This document shows positions 29,001-38,166 of a DNA stretch of 64,000 bases, one piece after another (within the stretch, counting starts at the first letter, position 1; each line of letters starts with the position of its first letter). The translations under genes were made by a program, and so were the position numbers. Location: contig CAYXEK010000007.1 of the NCBI GenBank assembly GCA_964463985.1, positions 3,404-67,403 on the forward strand, read 5' to 3'. The notes beneath the pieces were generated by a model. That model saw nothing but the letters and a program-made list of their open reading frames with translations. It did no database searches and was not told where the DNA came from. This stretch comes from an uncultured Verrucomicrobiota bacterium. Lineage in GTDB: Bacteria > Verrucomicrobiota > Kiritimatiellia > JAAZAB01.

Positions 29001-29498
29001 ATGAGTCCATTTGCACATGTCGCTGTTTCCACCGCGCTGGGAGGCGCCGTCTGGCTGGCGTTGAAATCTTTCCCGGCGGGGCTGGCCTGCCTGCTGGCGG
29101 GGGTGCTGGTGGACCTGGACCACCTGCTGGATTACGTTTACAATTACGGCTGGCGCCCGCGCGCCGGCCATTTCCTCCGGACCTTCAAAAACGACATTCT
29201 GCGCCGCATCATAGTTTTGCTGCATTCCTGGGAACTGGCGCCCCTGGCGGCGCTGGCGGTCTGGCGCAGCGGCTGGCACCCGGTCGGCATCGGCCTGCTG
29301 ACGGGCGCGGTGGCGCACCTGGCGTTGGACCAGATGTTCAACCGCCATAATCCGCTGGCCTATTTTTTAACGTACCGGATTTACCACCGGTTTGCCGGCC
29401 GCCCGTTTTACGGCCGGGATGAATACCGGCGCCGCCTGCGCCGGCTGCGCGCAAACGAAACCAGCCGGCGGAACAATCCGCCGCCAACGACCGCTTGA
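29001..29498 (+). CDS. Membrane-bound metal-dependent hydrolase-like protein (YdjM/DUF457-like), hypothetical
   Basis: 165 aa, 3-4 predicted TM helices, DLDH and HxxxD motifs. Confidence 0.5.
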   Translation: MSPFAHVAVSTALGGAVWLALKSFPAGLACLLAGVLVDLDHLLDYVYNYGWRPRAGHFLRTFKNDILRRIIVLLHSWELAPLAALAVWRSGWHPVGIGLLTGAVAHLALDQMFNRHNPLAYFLTYRIYHRFAGRPFYGRDEYRRRLRRLRANETSRRNNPPPTTA

Positions 29499-29577
29499 CC
29501 GCTTCCGTAAAAATCTTGAAACCAACCCGTTGCGGACAGTCAAAGAAACTGAAATCAAACACAACAGGAGCGGCGGC

Positions 29578-30780
29578 ATGCGCGATAAACGCAAATACGA
29601 AGAACTGTTTCCGGAAGAATTCATGGAAATCATGGCGCAGCGTCCGATCTGTTACTGGGCCTGCGGACCAATGGAATATCACGGGCTGCAGAATACGCTG
29701 GGCATTGACCCGGCCAAGGCGTATGAAATCTGCCTGCGCGCGGCAAAAATCAGCGGCGGCATAGTGTTTCCGATGGTGCCGTTTGCGCCGGGCGGCGCCC
29801 CGCCATCGCTGAAACGGGCCCAATTGCGTCCGCTGAACCCGTCGTTGTCGCCTTCCCTGATGACCTGCGTGGATACATGCGAGCGGCTCTACGTGGAGCT
29901 GTTCGAGTCGCTGGCCGACATGGGATTCAAAGTCTGCCTGGCTTTCGGCGGGCATGGACCGGCCGGCGCCCTGCTGAAGAAAATCGAATGCGCCCTGGAC
30001 GGGCGCATGGACAACATGCTTTTTGCCACCTATACCAGCACCACTTTCATTGATCAAGCGGTGTACGCCCTCGGCGCGAAGATGTTCGGCCATGGCGGCA
30101 TGTGGGAAACCTCGATGAATATGGCCGTCAACCCTGCCTTCGTGGATTTGTCCAGGACCGACGGACCGGCCGGCGGCTGGCCGGCATACCCGGGGTTCGA
30201 AAAATATCCGGACGAATTAAGGGAAGCCGTCATGCATTCCAACCTGCCATTCGGCAATCAATTGATTGATGTTTCCGCCCGGGCCATGGCGGAGATTGCG
30301 TCTACGCTCCTGCAAACAGGGAAGTTGACGCATCCGGGAAATGTGATTGCCATGCGAATCGGCCCGGCGCGTGAATTGTCCGGCGCTTTGTCCGGCCTGC
30401 CCTGCCCGGACCCGGCCGAGACAGCCGCGTATCCCGAGCGGATTTTCCGCAAAACGCTGTGTTCGCTGCCGGAATTTAAAAATCTTTTCCAGGGGCGGCC
30501 TCTTTTCGCAATCCTGGCTTTCGACCTGGAAGGCGGGCATGCCCCGGACCGGACGCTTGGATTCGACTACGACGCGCCGATCAAGGTCTGGATTGACGGC
30601 CAAACCTGCCTCGTGGACGAGGCCGGCACACCGCCGATGTCCGCCCGGAACGGCCGTCCGAAAAAATCCGTCTCAATTCCGCCGGCCGGGGGCCGGCAGT
30701 CGGTGACGGTGGCCCTGGTGTCGCGGCAAGGCGCGCCGCCGAACATCCGGATATGGCTGCCGGGGTGGGACCATGTTTAA
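29578..30780 (+). CDS. Creatininase-family amidohydrolase with C-terminal extension
   Basis: Start at ATG 29578 with AGGAG Shine-Dalgarno. MEYHGLQN...GIVFPMVPF...FGGHGP motifs match creatinine-amidohydrolase-family metal ligands. Confidence 0.75.
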   Translation: MRDKRKYEELFPEEFMEIMAQRPICYWACGPMEYHGLQNTLGIDPAKAYEICLRAAKISGGIVFPMVPFAPGGAPPSLKRAQLRPLNPSLSPSLMTCVDTCERLYVELFESLADMGFKVCLAFGGHGPAGALLKKIECALDGRMDNMLFATYTSTTFIDQAVYALGAKMFGHGGMWETSMNMAVNPAFVDLSRTDGPAGGWPAYPGFEKYPDELREAVMHSNLPFGNQLIDVSARAMAEIASTLLQTGKLTHPGNVIAMRIGPARELSGALSGLPCPDPAETAAYPERIFRKTLCSLPEFKNLFQGRPLFAILAFDLEGGHAPDRTLGFDYDAPIKVWIDGQTCLVDEAGTPPMSARNGRPKKSVSIPPAGGRQSVTVALVSRQGAPPNIRIWLPGWDHV

Positions 30781-33019
30781 CTCGAAACTCATCCAGGACA
30801 GGTTGCGCCGCGCCAATGCGGATCCGCTGCGGCGGGGACGGCTGGATCCGCATCGCGGGATTGTTTTGGACCAGGCGGCCACCCCGGCGGAGCACGAAAT
30901 AGCGCTTGCCGGCCGCTGGCGCGTGGAATGCCGCGGTCTTGACCGGGATGCCGCGGCGGCGCTGACCGATGATTTCAGCGATTTTCTGCGGCGGATGCAG
31001 GTGGCGGTAACGGACAGCGCGGAGCAGGCGGTGGTATTCCATCTGGACCCCGGCCTGAATCCGCGCGATTGCCGGCATGAATGCCGGCCGGGATTGATCG
31101 CCATAGAAGGCGGCGGCACTTCCGGCCTCTGGGCCGGCGCGGCCTGGGCGGAGTGGGAAATGCGCCGCCGGCATGCCGCCATCATGCCGGCGGGCCGGAT
31201 CGAACGGCGGGCCTTGTGGAACGAGCAGATCAGCCAGGGGCCCTGGGGCGGAAATTTCTCGGTGCCGGATTTTTCCCCGGAGTTTCTCGCCGACGATGGA
31301 TTCCGCTTGTATGCCCATTATGGTGTAAACAGCATGATGATTTACGGAGATTTGCTGTTTTACGCCAACACCCGGATTTTGCCGGAGCTGAATTGCCCGG
31401 ATTACGAAAGGAACATCGCCATGCTCCGCGATGCCGCGCGGCGGGCCGCCCGTTACGGCGTCGGCTTCGCTTACCTGCCGGTCGGCCCCAAGTTGCGCGG
31501 CGATCATCCCGTTTTCAAAAACCATCCGGAAACCCGCGGCACCAGCCTGCATGACAGGGACATATATTGCCTTTGCTCTTCCAACCGGCTGGTGCTGGAT
31601 TTTTACGCGGAAATATTCGCCAACCTGGCGCGCGAAGTGCCGGAATTGCACGGATTCATACTGATCGTCGGCGGCGAAAGTTTCTACCATTGCCGCATGT
31701 GGGTGAATGTCAAACATCCCTGCCCCGTTTGTTACCGGCGCGATCCGGAGGAAATGCTGGCGGGACTGATCGCGCCGATTTGCCAGGCCGTGAAAGCCGC
31801 GCGGCCGCAAACTTACGTGGCGGTCTGGCAGTATAATCCGACTCCTTGCATGCGGCAACAGGGCTTGGATCTGATTTCCCGGCTGCCGGCGGAGGCGGCG
31901 GTATTCCACCAGATTGACAAAGGGGCAACGCTGCACAAGGCCGGTTACAGCAAAAAAATCTGGGATTACAGCATAGACTTCAACGGCATCGCGGAATTGA
32001 CCGCTGAATACGCAGCGGCGGCGCGGCGCCACGGCCATCCGTTTTTCGTTAAAACTGAAACCGGCACCGGCCTGGAACTGATCCAGTTTCCCGGCGTGCC
32101 GGCCATGCAAAGGCTGGCAGACAAGTGGCTGAACGTGCGCGCCCTGCAACCGGCCGGCGTGCATCAGGCCTGGATTTTCTTCGGCATGTGCGGCACGCGC
32201 GCGGAAATGCTGGGTCTTTGGGCGGCATACCGGCCGGACCTGCCCCGCGATAAATTCCTGGAACAACTCGCCGCCCGCGATTTCGGCGCGGAATCCGTCG
32301 CGCCGGTAATGCAGGCCTGGTCGTCAATGAGCCAGGCCATGGGTCATTTGCCGGCCATCCCGGCCTATTACGCCGGACCCGGTTTTCTGGGACCGGCGCA
32401 TCCGCTGGCGCCGCGGTCAGACGCAAAAATCCCGGATGTGTTTTACGCCAATCTTTACTATCTCATGGAAGGCGATGAAACCTTTTCCGGCAAGCAGTTG
32501 GGCGCCAGCGCACGGGTGTGCCTGGCGATGAACCGGCTGGAACGGCGTTTCTTCCCCGGGCTTGCGCTCGATGATCCAGCGGCTGATTTATGGGCCGTAT
32601 TGGAAGCCGAATACTACGCCGCCGCGGATGCCGGACGGCGGGCATGGGAATTGCTCCGGGCGGCCGGGGAGCAGGCGCGCCTGCCGGCGGCGCGCCTGAA
32701 TCTGGCCGGGGAAACCAACCTGACCGAGCTGGTATACCGTTCCATTTTGTCCTGCGGCAACACCATCGCGTTTCTGCGCCGGCGCGCGGAGTTTGAAGCG
32801 GGCGGCGCGGCGGCGCTGGCGGAAATGAACCGCATTGCCGCCGATGAAAAAGCCAACGCGCTGGCCGCCATACCCATCTATCGGAAGGAACCATGGCTGG
32901 ACCTGGCCTTGCGCCTGGATGGGATATTCAGCCGCTGCGAGGACATGATCGCCGAAAAAGTGCGCTGGATAGACGAATGGCAGGCAAGCATATCCGGCGC
33001 CGGACGGCGGCAACCTTGA
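30773..33019 (+). CDS. Hypothetical protein, 748 aa, possible glycoside-hydrolase-like TIM barrel
   Basis: Long ORF overlapping the previous stop by 8 nt (operon). No motif I can name with confidence. Confidence 0.65.
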   Translation: MFNSKLIQDRLRRANADPLRRGRLDPHRGIVLDQAATPAEHEIALAGRWRVECRGLDRDAAAALTDDFSDFLRRMQVAVTDSAEQAVVFHLDPGLNPRDCRHECRPGLIAIEGGGTSGLWAGAAWAEWEMRRRHAAIMPAGRIERRALWNEQISQGPWGGNFSVPDFSPEFLADDGFRLYAHYGVNSMMIYGDLLFYANTRILPELNCPDYERNIAMLRDAARRAARYGVGFAYLPVGPKLRGDHPVFKNHPETRGTSLHDRDIYCLCSSNRLVLDFYAEIFANLAREVPELHGFILIVGGESFYHCRMWVNVKHPCPVCYRRDPEEMLAGLIAPICQAVKAARPQTYVAVWQYNPTPCMRQQGLDLISRLPAEAAVFHQIDKGATLHKAGYSKKIWDYSIDFNGIAELTAEYAAAARRHGHPFFVKTETGTGLELIQFPGVPAMQRLADKWLNVRALQPAGVHQAWIFFGMCGTRAEMLGLWAAYRPDLPRDKFLEQLAARDFGAESVAPVMQAWSSMSQAMGHLPAIPAYYAGPGFLGPAHPLAPRSDAKIPDVFYANLYYLMEGDETFSGKQLGASARVCLAMNRLERRFFPGLALDDPAADLWAVLEAEYYAAADAGRRAWELLRAAGEQARLPAARLNLAGETNLTELVYRSILSCGNTIAFLRRRAEFEAGGAAALAEMNRIAADEKANALAAIPIYRKEPWLDLALRLDGIFSRCEDMIAEKVRWIDEWQASISGAGRRQP

Positions 33020-33070
33020 AATTTTCCGGGAAACGCGTATACTGCTCCGCGCCAGGACGAGGACCAGCTT

Positions 33071-34228
33071 ATGAATATGCACTTTCACGAACAATTTCAA
33101 AAGTTCTGTCAAAAAGGTCGGGGTGTAACCCGACTCTTCAAAACCGGGTTGTGTTTTCGTTTTGGAGGGGCGACTTCCACGTCGTCCCGGACTTTCGGAA
33201 TTGGCTCTCATCCCCAGCGGAGAATACTCATTTGCGTTAGTTTGGGGCTATGGCTGCTGGCCGCGGCGGACGTCCCGGCCCAGTGGCCGGCGCACGTCGC
33301 GGAAGTAAAAATCGCCAGTTCGTCCGACGGTGTGGAACAACCGGCCATGTTTTACGCGCCGGCAGGAACCAATCCCATGCCCCTGCTGGTTTCGCTGCAT
33401 ACATGGAGCGGCAATTACCGGCAGGTCGCCGCCGCCCGCGCCAATTGGTGCCGGGCCAACCAATGGGCCTTCGTGCACCCGGATTTCCGCGGGCCGAACA
33501 AGACACCGGACGCCATGGGCTCGGATTTGGCGGTCCAGGACATTCTCGACGCCGTAGATTACGCCAGAACCCGGACCGCCATTGACGAATCCCGGATTTA
33601 CCTGGCGGGATTTTCCGGCGGCGGACACGCCGCCCTCCTGCTGGCCGGGCGCGCTCCAGAAATCTGGGCCGGAGTATCCGCCTGGTGCGGCATCTCCGAT
33701 TTGAAAAAATGGCATGCCCAGAGCCGCGGTTACGGACGCAGCATTGAAGCCGCGGTCCGGGGCAATCCCCAGCAGGACGCCCGCGCCGCCGCGGAATGCC
33801 GGCGCCGTTCGCCGGCGGCCTGGCTGGAAAAAGCCCGCCGCATTCCAATAGATATCGCCGCAGGCATCCATGACGGCCACTCTGGCAGCGTGCCGGTCAG
33901 CCAGAGCCTGGAAGCATTCAACCTGCTGGCGGACCCGGAGGACCGGCTCGCGGAAGCGGATATTGCTTACATTGCCCGCGAACAGGCTATCCCGGACCAT
34001 CTCCGGAAGGAAGGCGGGGGCCTGATGTTAAACAAATACCAGATTCATTTCCGCCGCCAGTCGGGCAACGCGCGTATCACAATTTTTGAAGGCGGCCACC
34101 AGGGACTGGACGGCGCGGCGCTGCCATGGCTCGCCCGGCAGCGCAGGGGCGCACCCGCAGTCTGGACCGCCGACGACCCGCCGGCGGATTTGCAAATCGG
34201 CGCGGACGCGGCCGCCACGGGAAAATAG
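33071..34228 (+). CDS. Alpha/beta-hydrolase (esterase/peptidase S9-like) with internal signal peptide; first ~46 codons are MITE-derived
   Basis: GFSGGGHAA nucleophile elbow and downstream Asp/His regions. Codons 6-46 of the annotated ORF are the MITE copy at 33088-33207. The hydrophobic RRILICVSLGLWLLAAADVPA segment follows it. Confidence 0.7.
   Translation: MNMHFHEQFQKFCQKGRGVTRLFKTGLCFRFGGATSTSSRTFGIGSHPQRRILICVSLGLWLLAAADVPAQWPAHVAEVKIASSSDGVEQPAMFYAPAGTNPMPLLVSLHTWSGNYRQVAAARANWCRANQWAFVHPDFRGPNKTPDAMGSDLAVQDILDAVDYARTRTAIDESRIYLAGFSGGGHAALLLAGRAPEIWAGVSAWCGISDLKKWHAQSRGYGRSIEAAVRGNPQQDARAAAECRRRSPAAWLEKARRIPIDIAAGIHDGHSGSVPVSQSLEAFNLLADPEDRLAEADIAYIAREQAIPDHLRKEGGGLMLNKYQIHFRRQSGNARITIFEGGHQGLDGAALPWLARQRRGAPAVWTADDPPADLQIGADAAATGK
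33088..33207. mobile_element. MITE-like element copy B (~120 bp)
   Basis: CAATTTCAAAAGT...ACTTTCGGAATTGGCTC termini (left TIR degenerate). Core gtcggggtgtaacccgac hairpin and cgacttccacgtcgtcc shared with copy C. Flanks tcac/tcat. Confidence 0.7.
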
Positions 34229-34249
34229 TTGCGGCGGGGGACAGGCCGC

Positions 34250-35590
34250 TTAACGCCCGCAACAATGCTTGTATTTGCGGCCGCTGCCGCAGGGGCATGG
34301 CGCATTCCTGCCCAACGGAGGGCGGACGGCATTCGCCGCCGGACCGGCGCTGATCGCCGCGGCCAGACGCCGCAGTTCCGGCACGGCATGCCGGAAAAAA
34401 ACGCGCCAGCCCTCGCACAGGCGGCTGAGTTCCCCGCCGCCCGGACCGCGGTGTTTGGGGCAATCGCCCGCGCAGAATTCCAGCCAGGGGCAGGCGGCGC
34501 AGGCCGCCGCCCAGCGCTGTTTGCGCCGACCGAATTCGGCATAAAGCGGAGATTGCCGGAGTTGCGCCCAGGAAACCCCGGCTATGTTGCCCAACCGCCA
34601 ACGCTGATCCACGAAAAAATCGCAGGGATACACGTCGCCGTTATGTTCAACCAGAAAGTATTGCCGGCAATCGTTTTCCATGGAACACATGCCGGCCGGC
34701 TGGCGCAAAATGCGGGCCAGGATCGAATCAAACAGGCGGATCGAGACCCGGCCGGCATCCGGCCGCCAGCAATCAAACAACTCGCACAGGAAATCGCCCC
34801 ACTCCCCGCCGGCAATGGCAAACGGCTGCCGGCCGCCCTGCGCGTCATATTCGACGCAGGGGATGAATTGCTGAAAATTAAATCCCTGTCCGCATAAATA
34901 CCGGTATACCTCGGATGCCCGGCGGACATTGGCGGCCGTAACCAGAGTGAGAATATTGAACTCCGCGCGCCGGCGGCGCAAGCAGGCGATTCCGCGCATC
35001 ACCGCGGCATGCGAACCGGATGCCGGATCCGCGCCGTGGCGGTAACGGTCGTGGATAGCAGGCGGCCCATCCAGGCTGACGCCCACCAGGAAACGGTAAC
35101 TGGCCAGGTGGCCGGCAAACTCATCGTCCAACAGCGTGCCGTTGGTCTGCAACCCATTGGAAACCACCGCGCCGGCGCGGCCGTATTGCTGTTGCAGGCG
35201 CGTCACTTCCCGGAAAAAATCCACGCCCATCAGCGTGGGTTCCCCGCCCTGCCAGCCGAAAACATGCTGGGCCATGTCCAGGGCCATGTACCCTGAAATC
35301 AACCTTTCCAGCGTCGTCCGGCTCATGCGCGGCGCCGCCGCATCCGGGTACAAAGCGGCGCGGCTCCGGTAGAAGCAATACTCGCATTGCAGATTACAGT
35401 CCGCGCCCACCGGTTTGATCAGCAGGGAAAATGACGTATTCGCCGGCGCGGCGGGCGCCGGTTTGTCAACCGCCTCCAGCGGTCCGGGTGATTGACAATT
35501 CACGGTGTTCAGTGTTAGGGGTTCATCCACCGTTGCAAAATACGCCTGGCCGGTTAAAACCGTCAAGCAATTTATGGCAAATCCTTGCAA
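34250..35590 (-). CDS. Anaerobic sulfatase-maturating enzyme (radical SAM/SPASM) with C-terminal SEC-C zinc motif
   Basis: CNLQCEYCFY radical-SAM cluster, SPASM Cys clusters (CxxCxxxxxC...C), terminal PCPCGSGRKYKHCCG. The N-terminal ~50 aa before FSLLIKP may not be translated (possible GTG start). Confidence 0.9.
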   Translation of the reverse strand: MQGFAINCLTVLTGQAYFATVDEPLTLNTVNCQSPGPLEAVDKPAPAAPANTSFSLLIKPVGADCNLQCEYCFYRSRAALYPDAAAPRMSRTTLERLISGYMALDMAQHVFGWQGGEPTLMGVDFFREVTRLQQQYGRAGAVVSNGLQTNGTLLDDEFAGHLASYRFLVGVSLDGPPAIHDRYRHGADPASGSHAAVMRGIACLRRRRAEFNILTLVTAANVRRASEVYRYLCGQGFNFQQFIPCVEYDAQGGRQPFAIAGGEWGDFLCELFDCWRPDAGRVSIRLFDSILARILRQPAGMCSMENDCRQYFLVEHNGDVYPCDFFVDQRWRLGNIAGVSWAQLRQSPLYAEFGRRKQRWAAACAACPWLEFCAGDCPKHRGPGGGELSRLCEGWRVFFRHAVPELRRLAAAISAGPAANAVRPPLGRNAPCPCGSGRKYKHCCGR

Positions 35591-35683
35591 AGTCCGCGCT
35601 AAAAATGTAAATTGCGTTTGGATTTATTTGCCGCGTTTTGACGGCGCCGGAAGGCGCGGCCGTTTGAATATGCAGGGGACCAT

Positions 35684-37201
35684 ATGAGCAGCCGCATCGG
35701 CTTTGACAACCAGCTTTATCTCCGGGAGCAAACCCTGGCCATCCTGGAGCGCGCGGAGCATTTCGGCAAGAAACTCTACCTGGAATTCGGCGGCAAGCTG
35801 TTTTTTGACTATCACGCCGCGCGCGTCCTGCCGGGATACGATCCGAACGTCAAAATCCGCCTCCTGCGCGAATTGCGCGAAAAGGCGCAGATTCTGCTCT
35901 GCATTCACGCCGGCGCCATAGAACAGAAAAAAATGCGCGCGGACTTCGGCATCACCTACGACACCGACGCCTTGAAACTGATTGACGACCTGCGCGAATG
36001 GGAAATTGAATTGTGCGCGGTGGTGATCACGCGCTACGACGAACAGCCCGGCGCCGTCCTTTTTAAAAACAAACTCGAACGCCGCGGCGTGCGCGTTTAT
36101 ACGCACCGCCCCACCCGCGGTTACCCGACGGATGTGGACCTGATTGTCAGCGAGCGCGGTTACGGCGCCAATGAATTCATCCCCACCACCAAACCGCTGG
36201 TCGTCGTCACCGGGCCCGGCCCGGGCAGCGGCAAACTGGCGACCTGCCTGAGCCAGATTTACCACGAACGGAAATACGGCGTGCAGGCCGGCTACGCCAA
36301 ATTCGAGACTTTCCCCATCTGGAACCTGCCGCTCAACCATCCCGTTAACATCGCCTACGAAGCCGCCACCGCGGACTTGCAGGATATCAACATGATAGAC
36401 CCGTTCCACCTGGAAGCCCGCCGCGTTACCGCCATCAATTACAACCGCGATATCGAGGCCTTCCCGATCGTCCGCAAAATCCTGCGGCATATCGCCGGGC
36501 AGGAAACCCTGTACCAGTCGCCGACAGAAATGGGCGTCAACCGCGTGGCCTGCGGCATTACCGATGACGATCTGGTGCGCGAAGCCGCCGGCGCGGAGGC
36601 GATCCGGCGCTATTTCCGCTACGCCTCGGAATACGCCATGGGGTTCGTGGACAAGCCCACCGTCGCCCGCGCCGCCCGGCTGCTGGAAACGCTGCATCTG
36701 AATCCCGAAGACCGCCCGGTCGTCCTGCCCGCCCGGCAAGCCGCGCGCGACGCGCAGACCGCCGGCAAGGGACACGACGGCATTTACTGCGGCGCCGCCA
36801 TGGCCTTGCCGGACGGCACGCTGGTCACCGGCAAAAATTCGCCCATGATGCATGCCGCTTCCAGCCTGATCCTCAATGCCGCCAAACAGCTCGCGGGCGT
36901 GCCGGACAAACTGCACATTCTTTCGCCGATCATTACCGAAGCTGTGGCCCGCCTGAAACATGACATCCTGTCCGGCCGCAACCCCAGCCTGGATCTTGAC
37001 GAAACCCTGATTGCCCTCAGCATCAGCGCCACCAACAACCCCACAGCGCAATTGTGCCTGGAAAAACTCAAAGACTTGCGCGGTTGCGACGTGCACATGA
37101 CCCATATCCCCACCCCGGGCGACGAAGTAGGCTTGCGCCGCCTGGGCGTACACCTGACCACCGACCCTAATTTCTCCACCAACGACCTTTACGTCGGTTG
37201 A
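35684..37201 (+). CDS. DUF1846/UPF0371 family protein
   Basis: 505 aa. N-terminus MSSRIGFDNQLYLREQ...KLYLEFGGKLFFD characteristic of the UPF0371 family. Confidence 0.8.
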   Translation: MSSRIGFDNQLYLREQTLAILERAEHFGKKLYLEFGGKLFFDYHAARVLPGYDPNVKIRLLRELREKAQILLCIHAGAIEQKKMRADFGITYDTDALKLIDDLREWEIELCAVVITRYDEQPGAVLFKNKLERRGVRVYTHRPTRGYPTDVDLIVSERGYGANEFIPTTKPLVVVTGPGPGSGKLATCLSQIYHERKYGVQAGYAKFETFPIWNLPLNHPVNIAYEAATADLQDINMIDPFHLEARRVTAINYNRDIEAFPIVRKILRHIAGQETLYQSPTEMGVNRVACGITDDDLVREAAGAEAIRRYFRYASEYAMGFVDKPTVARAARLLETLHLNPEDRPVVLPARQAARDAQTAGKGHDGIYCGAAMALPDGTLVTGKNSPMMHAASSLILNAAKQLAGVPDKLHILSPIITEAVARLKHDILSGRNPSLDLDETLIALSISATNNPTAQLCLEKLKDLRGCDVHMTHIPTPGDEVGLRRLGVHLTTDPNFSTNDLYVG

Positions 37202-37345
37202 CCATTGCCCACTTTAATTCCCCAACCCATACCTGACGCGAGCTTGCGTCTATAATCCAAATGGAGGGCGGTCAGGCCCTTGCTCACCGATTACGAAGGC
37301 GCGCAGGGCCTGCGCGCCCAACCTTTTCTGTATATACAATTTATT

Positions 37346-37465
37346 GAGCCAATTTCAAAAGTCCTATCAAAAAGGTCGGGGTGTAACCCGACCCTCCAAA
37401 AACGGGTTGTTTTTCCATTTTGGAGGGACGACTTCCACGTCGTCCGAGACTTTTGAAATTGGCTC
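37346..37465. mobile_element. MITE-like element copy C (120 bp, best-preserved)
   Basis: Perfect 18-bp TIRs GAGCCAATTTCAAAAGTC / GACTTTTGAAATTGGCTC. Flanked by direct TATT (37342-37345 and 37466-37469). Internal hairpins gtcggggtgtaacccgac and ggacgacttccacgtcgtcc. Confidence 0.8.
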
Positions 37466-37545
37466 TATTGATTTTGTTTCGCATGAAAAGGCCAATCATC
37501 CTTTGTCAAATACGAGAAAATGACAAATACACTTGTTTTTTTGCT

Positions 37546-37640
37546 GTTGAATCGATTTTAAAAGTCAGCCTTTGCAAAAAGTATTCCGTAGAGCCTGTTA
37601 CAAAAGCAGCGGACTACGTGGAAGTCGTCTCTCCAAAATG
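37546..37640. repeat. Degenerate MITE fragment (copy E)
   Basis: TIR-like cgattttaaaagtc at 37546-37561, and core ggactacgtggaagtcgtctctccaaaatg at 37611-37640 matching the reverse complement of the MITE core. No right TIR. Confidence 0.4.
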
Positions 37641-37705
37641 CGGAATCAGCCATGCCTGATCCATCATGGCATAATTATTGCTTTTAAAGCTGTTTAAGGA
37701 TTAAT

Positions 37706-37746
37706 TTGCCTTTTACAGACATGCGGTTTATAATATTTTCATTATG
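37706..37746 (+). promoter_or_regulatory. Putative promoter of the pseudopilin operon; near-leaderless start
   Basis: TTGCCT (37706-37711), 17 nt spacer, TATAAT (37729-37734). ATG at 37744 only ~10 nt downstream and no Shine-Dalgarno. Confidence 0.35.
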
Positions 37747-38166
37747 AAGAAAGGTTTTACGCTGGTGGAAGTGGTAATAGCTTCAGCATTGCTGGCAATC
37801 ACTATCGGAGCTTTGTTGACGGCCGTCATGACGGCGCGCCGGTCGGCGCTGGTGTCGGGCACGCGGCTGGCGGCCATGCAGGTGGCGCGCGAGCAGATGG
37901 AGACGTTGTTGAATTATCCGTTCAGCGCCGCTACGCAGTTGAGTTGGGGCGTGCATGCAATACCGCCGGTGACGCAATTGATTTACGGATCGCATGCCTC
38001 CGCCACGGGGGTGTTTTACGGTAATTATGTCGTTTCAAGCAATGCGCAATTTTCGCCGGTACTGGTTAAAAACATCAGCCTGACGATTTTCTGGACGAAT
38101 GCCGGCACGCGCTTTTCCTCCAGCGTCAACCTGCAGGGATCCATCAGCAGGCCCTTGCACCCATGA
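37744..38166 (+). CDS. Prepilin-type N-terminal cleavage/methylation domain protein (T2SS GspH/I-like minor pseudopilin)
   Basis: MKKGFTLVEVVIASALLAITIGALL: class-III signal (G-F-T-L-V-E) plus hydrophobic helix. Confidence 0.8.
   Translation: MKKGFTLVEVVIASALLAITIGALLTAVMTARRSALVSGTRLAAMQVAREQMETLLNYPFSAATQLSWGVHAIPPVTQLIYGSHASATGVFYGNYVVSSNAQFSPVLVKNISLTIFWTNAGTRFSSSVNLQGSISRPLHP

Noticed and set aside
35624-37153. 509-aa minus-strand ORF
   Set aside because: Completely antisense to the DUF1846 gene, which has a conserved N-terminus and a Shine-Dalgarno-preceded ATG. Antisense-like composition.
37420-37659. 79-aa ORF
   Set aside because: Starts inside MITE copy C and runs through AT-rich intergenic DNA. 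No Shine-Dalgarno and no conservation expected.
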